A stretch of 64,000 bases of DNA from Octopus sinensis (Eukaryota), in NCBI RefSeq assembly GCF_006345805.1, contig NC_043004.1:12524001-12588000 (forward strand), read 5' to 3'. The notes beneath the pieces were generated by a model. The model ran no database searches, was not told the origin of the DNA, and saw only the letters and a program-made list of their open reading frames with translations. A program made the position numbers and the translations under genes. Of this stretch, positions 63,901 to 64,000 are shown one piece after another (positions within the stretch are counted from its first letter, which is position 1; each line of letters begins with the position of its first letter).

Positions 63901-64000
63901 GAAATATGTATAAATACGCCCGTGGTAGCGGTTGATGTAGGGTGGGGCTAAGCAACCTATTTTCTAACCACATAGTTCTGGTTTCAGTCCTGGTGGGGGC

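Overview
AT-rich, microsatellite-saturated animal genomic DNA, intronic or intergenic in character. The repeat families resemble those I recall from octopod cephalopod genomes; this is inference, not a database match. Almost all ORFs in the supplied track are microsatellite artefacts. Supported content: (1) a near full-length, frameshifted autonomous Helitron on the - strand (31251-37207) with intact TC/CTAG ends, Rep HUH motifs, a PIF1 helicase and N-terminal 23-aa STPR-like repeats, plus a non-autonomous Helitron (5475-6861). (2) Several Penelope-like element (PLE) fragments with GIY-YIG endonuclease and hammerhead ribozymes (HHR) of three families. (3) Non-LTR retrotransposon remnants (RTE, CR1, Tx1/L1-like, restriction-like-endonuclease type), several sitting in specific microsatellites. 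(4) pogo/mariner fragments, MITEs and foldback hairpins. (5) More than 20 tRNA-derived SINE copies of about four families. (6) A few short candidate host exons on both strands that I cannot assign to a gene. The most unusual structure is at 58000-59640: a PLE ORF whose stop codon is followed within about 10 nt by a tRNA-like Pol III cassette, an (AAT)n linker and a hammerhead ribozyme. The same cassette recurs without the ORF at 10254-10560, suggesting a Pol III plus ribozyme PLE terminus or a PLE-mobilised SINE system.
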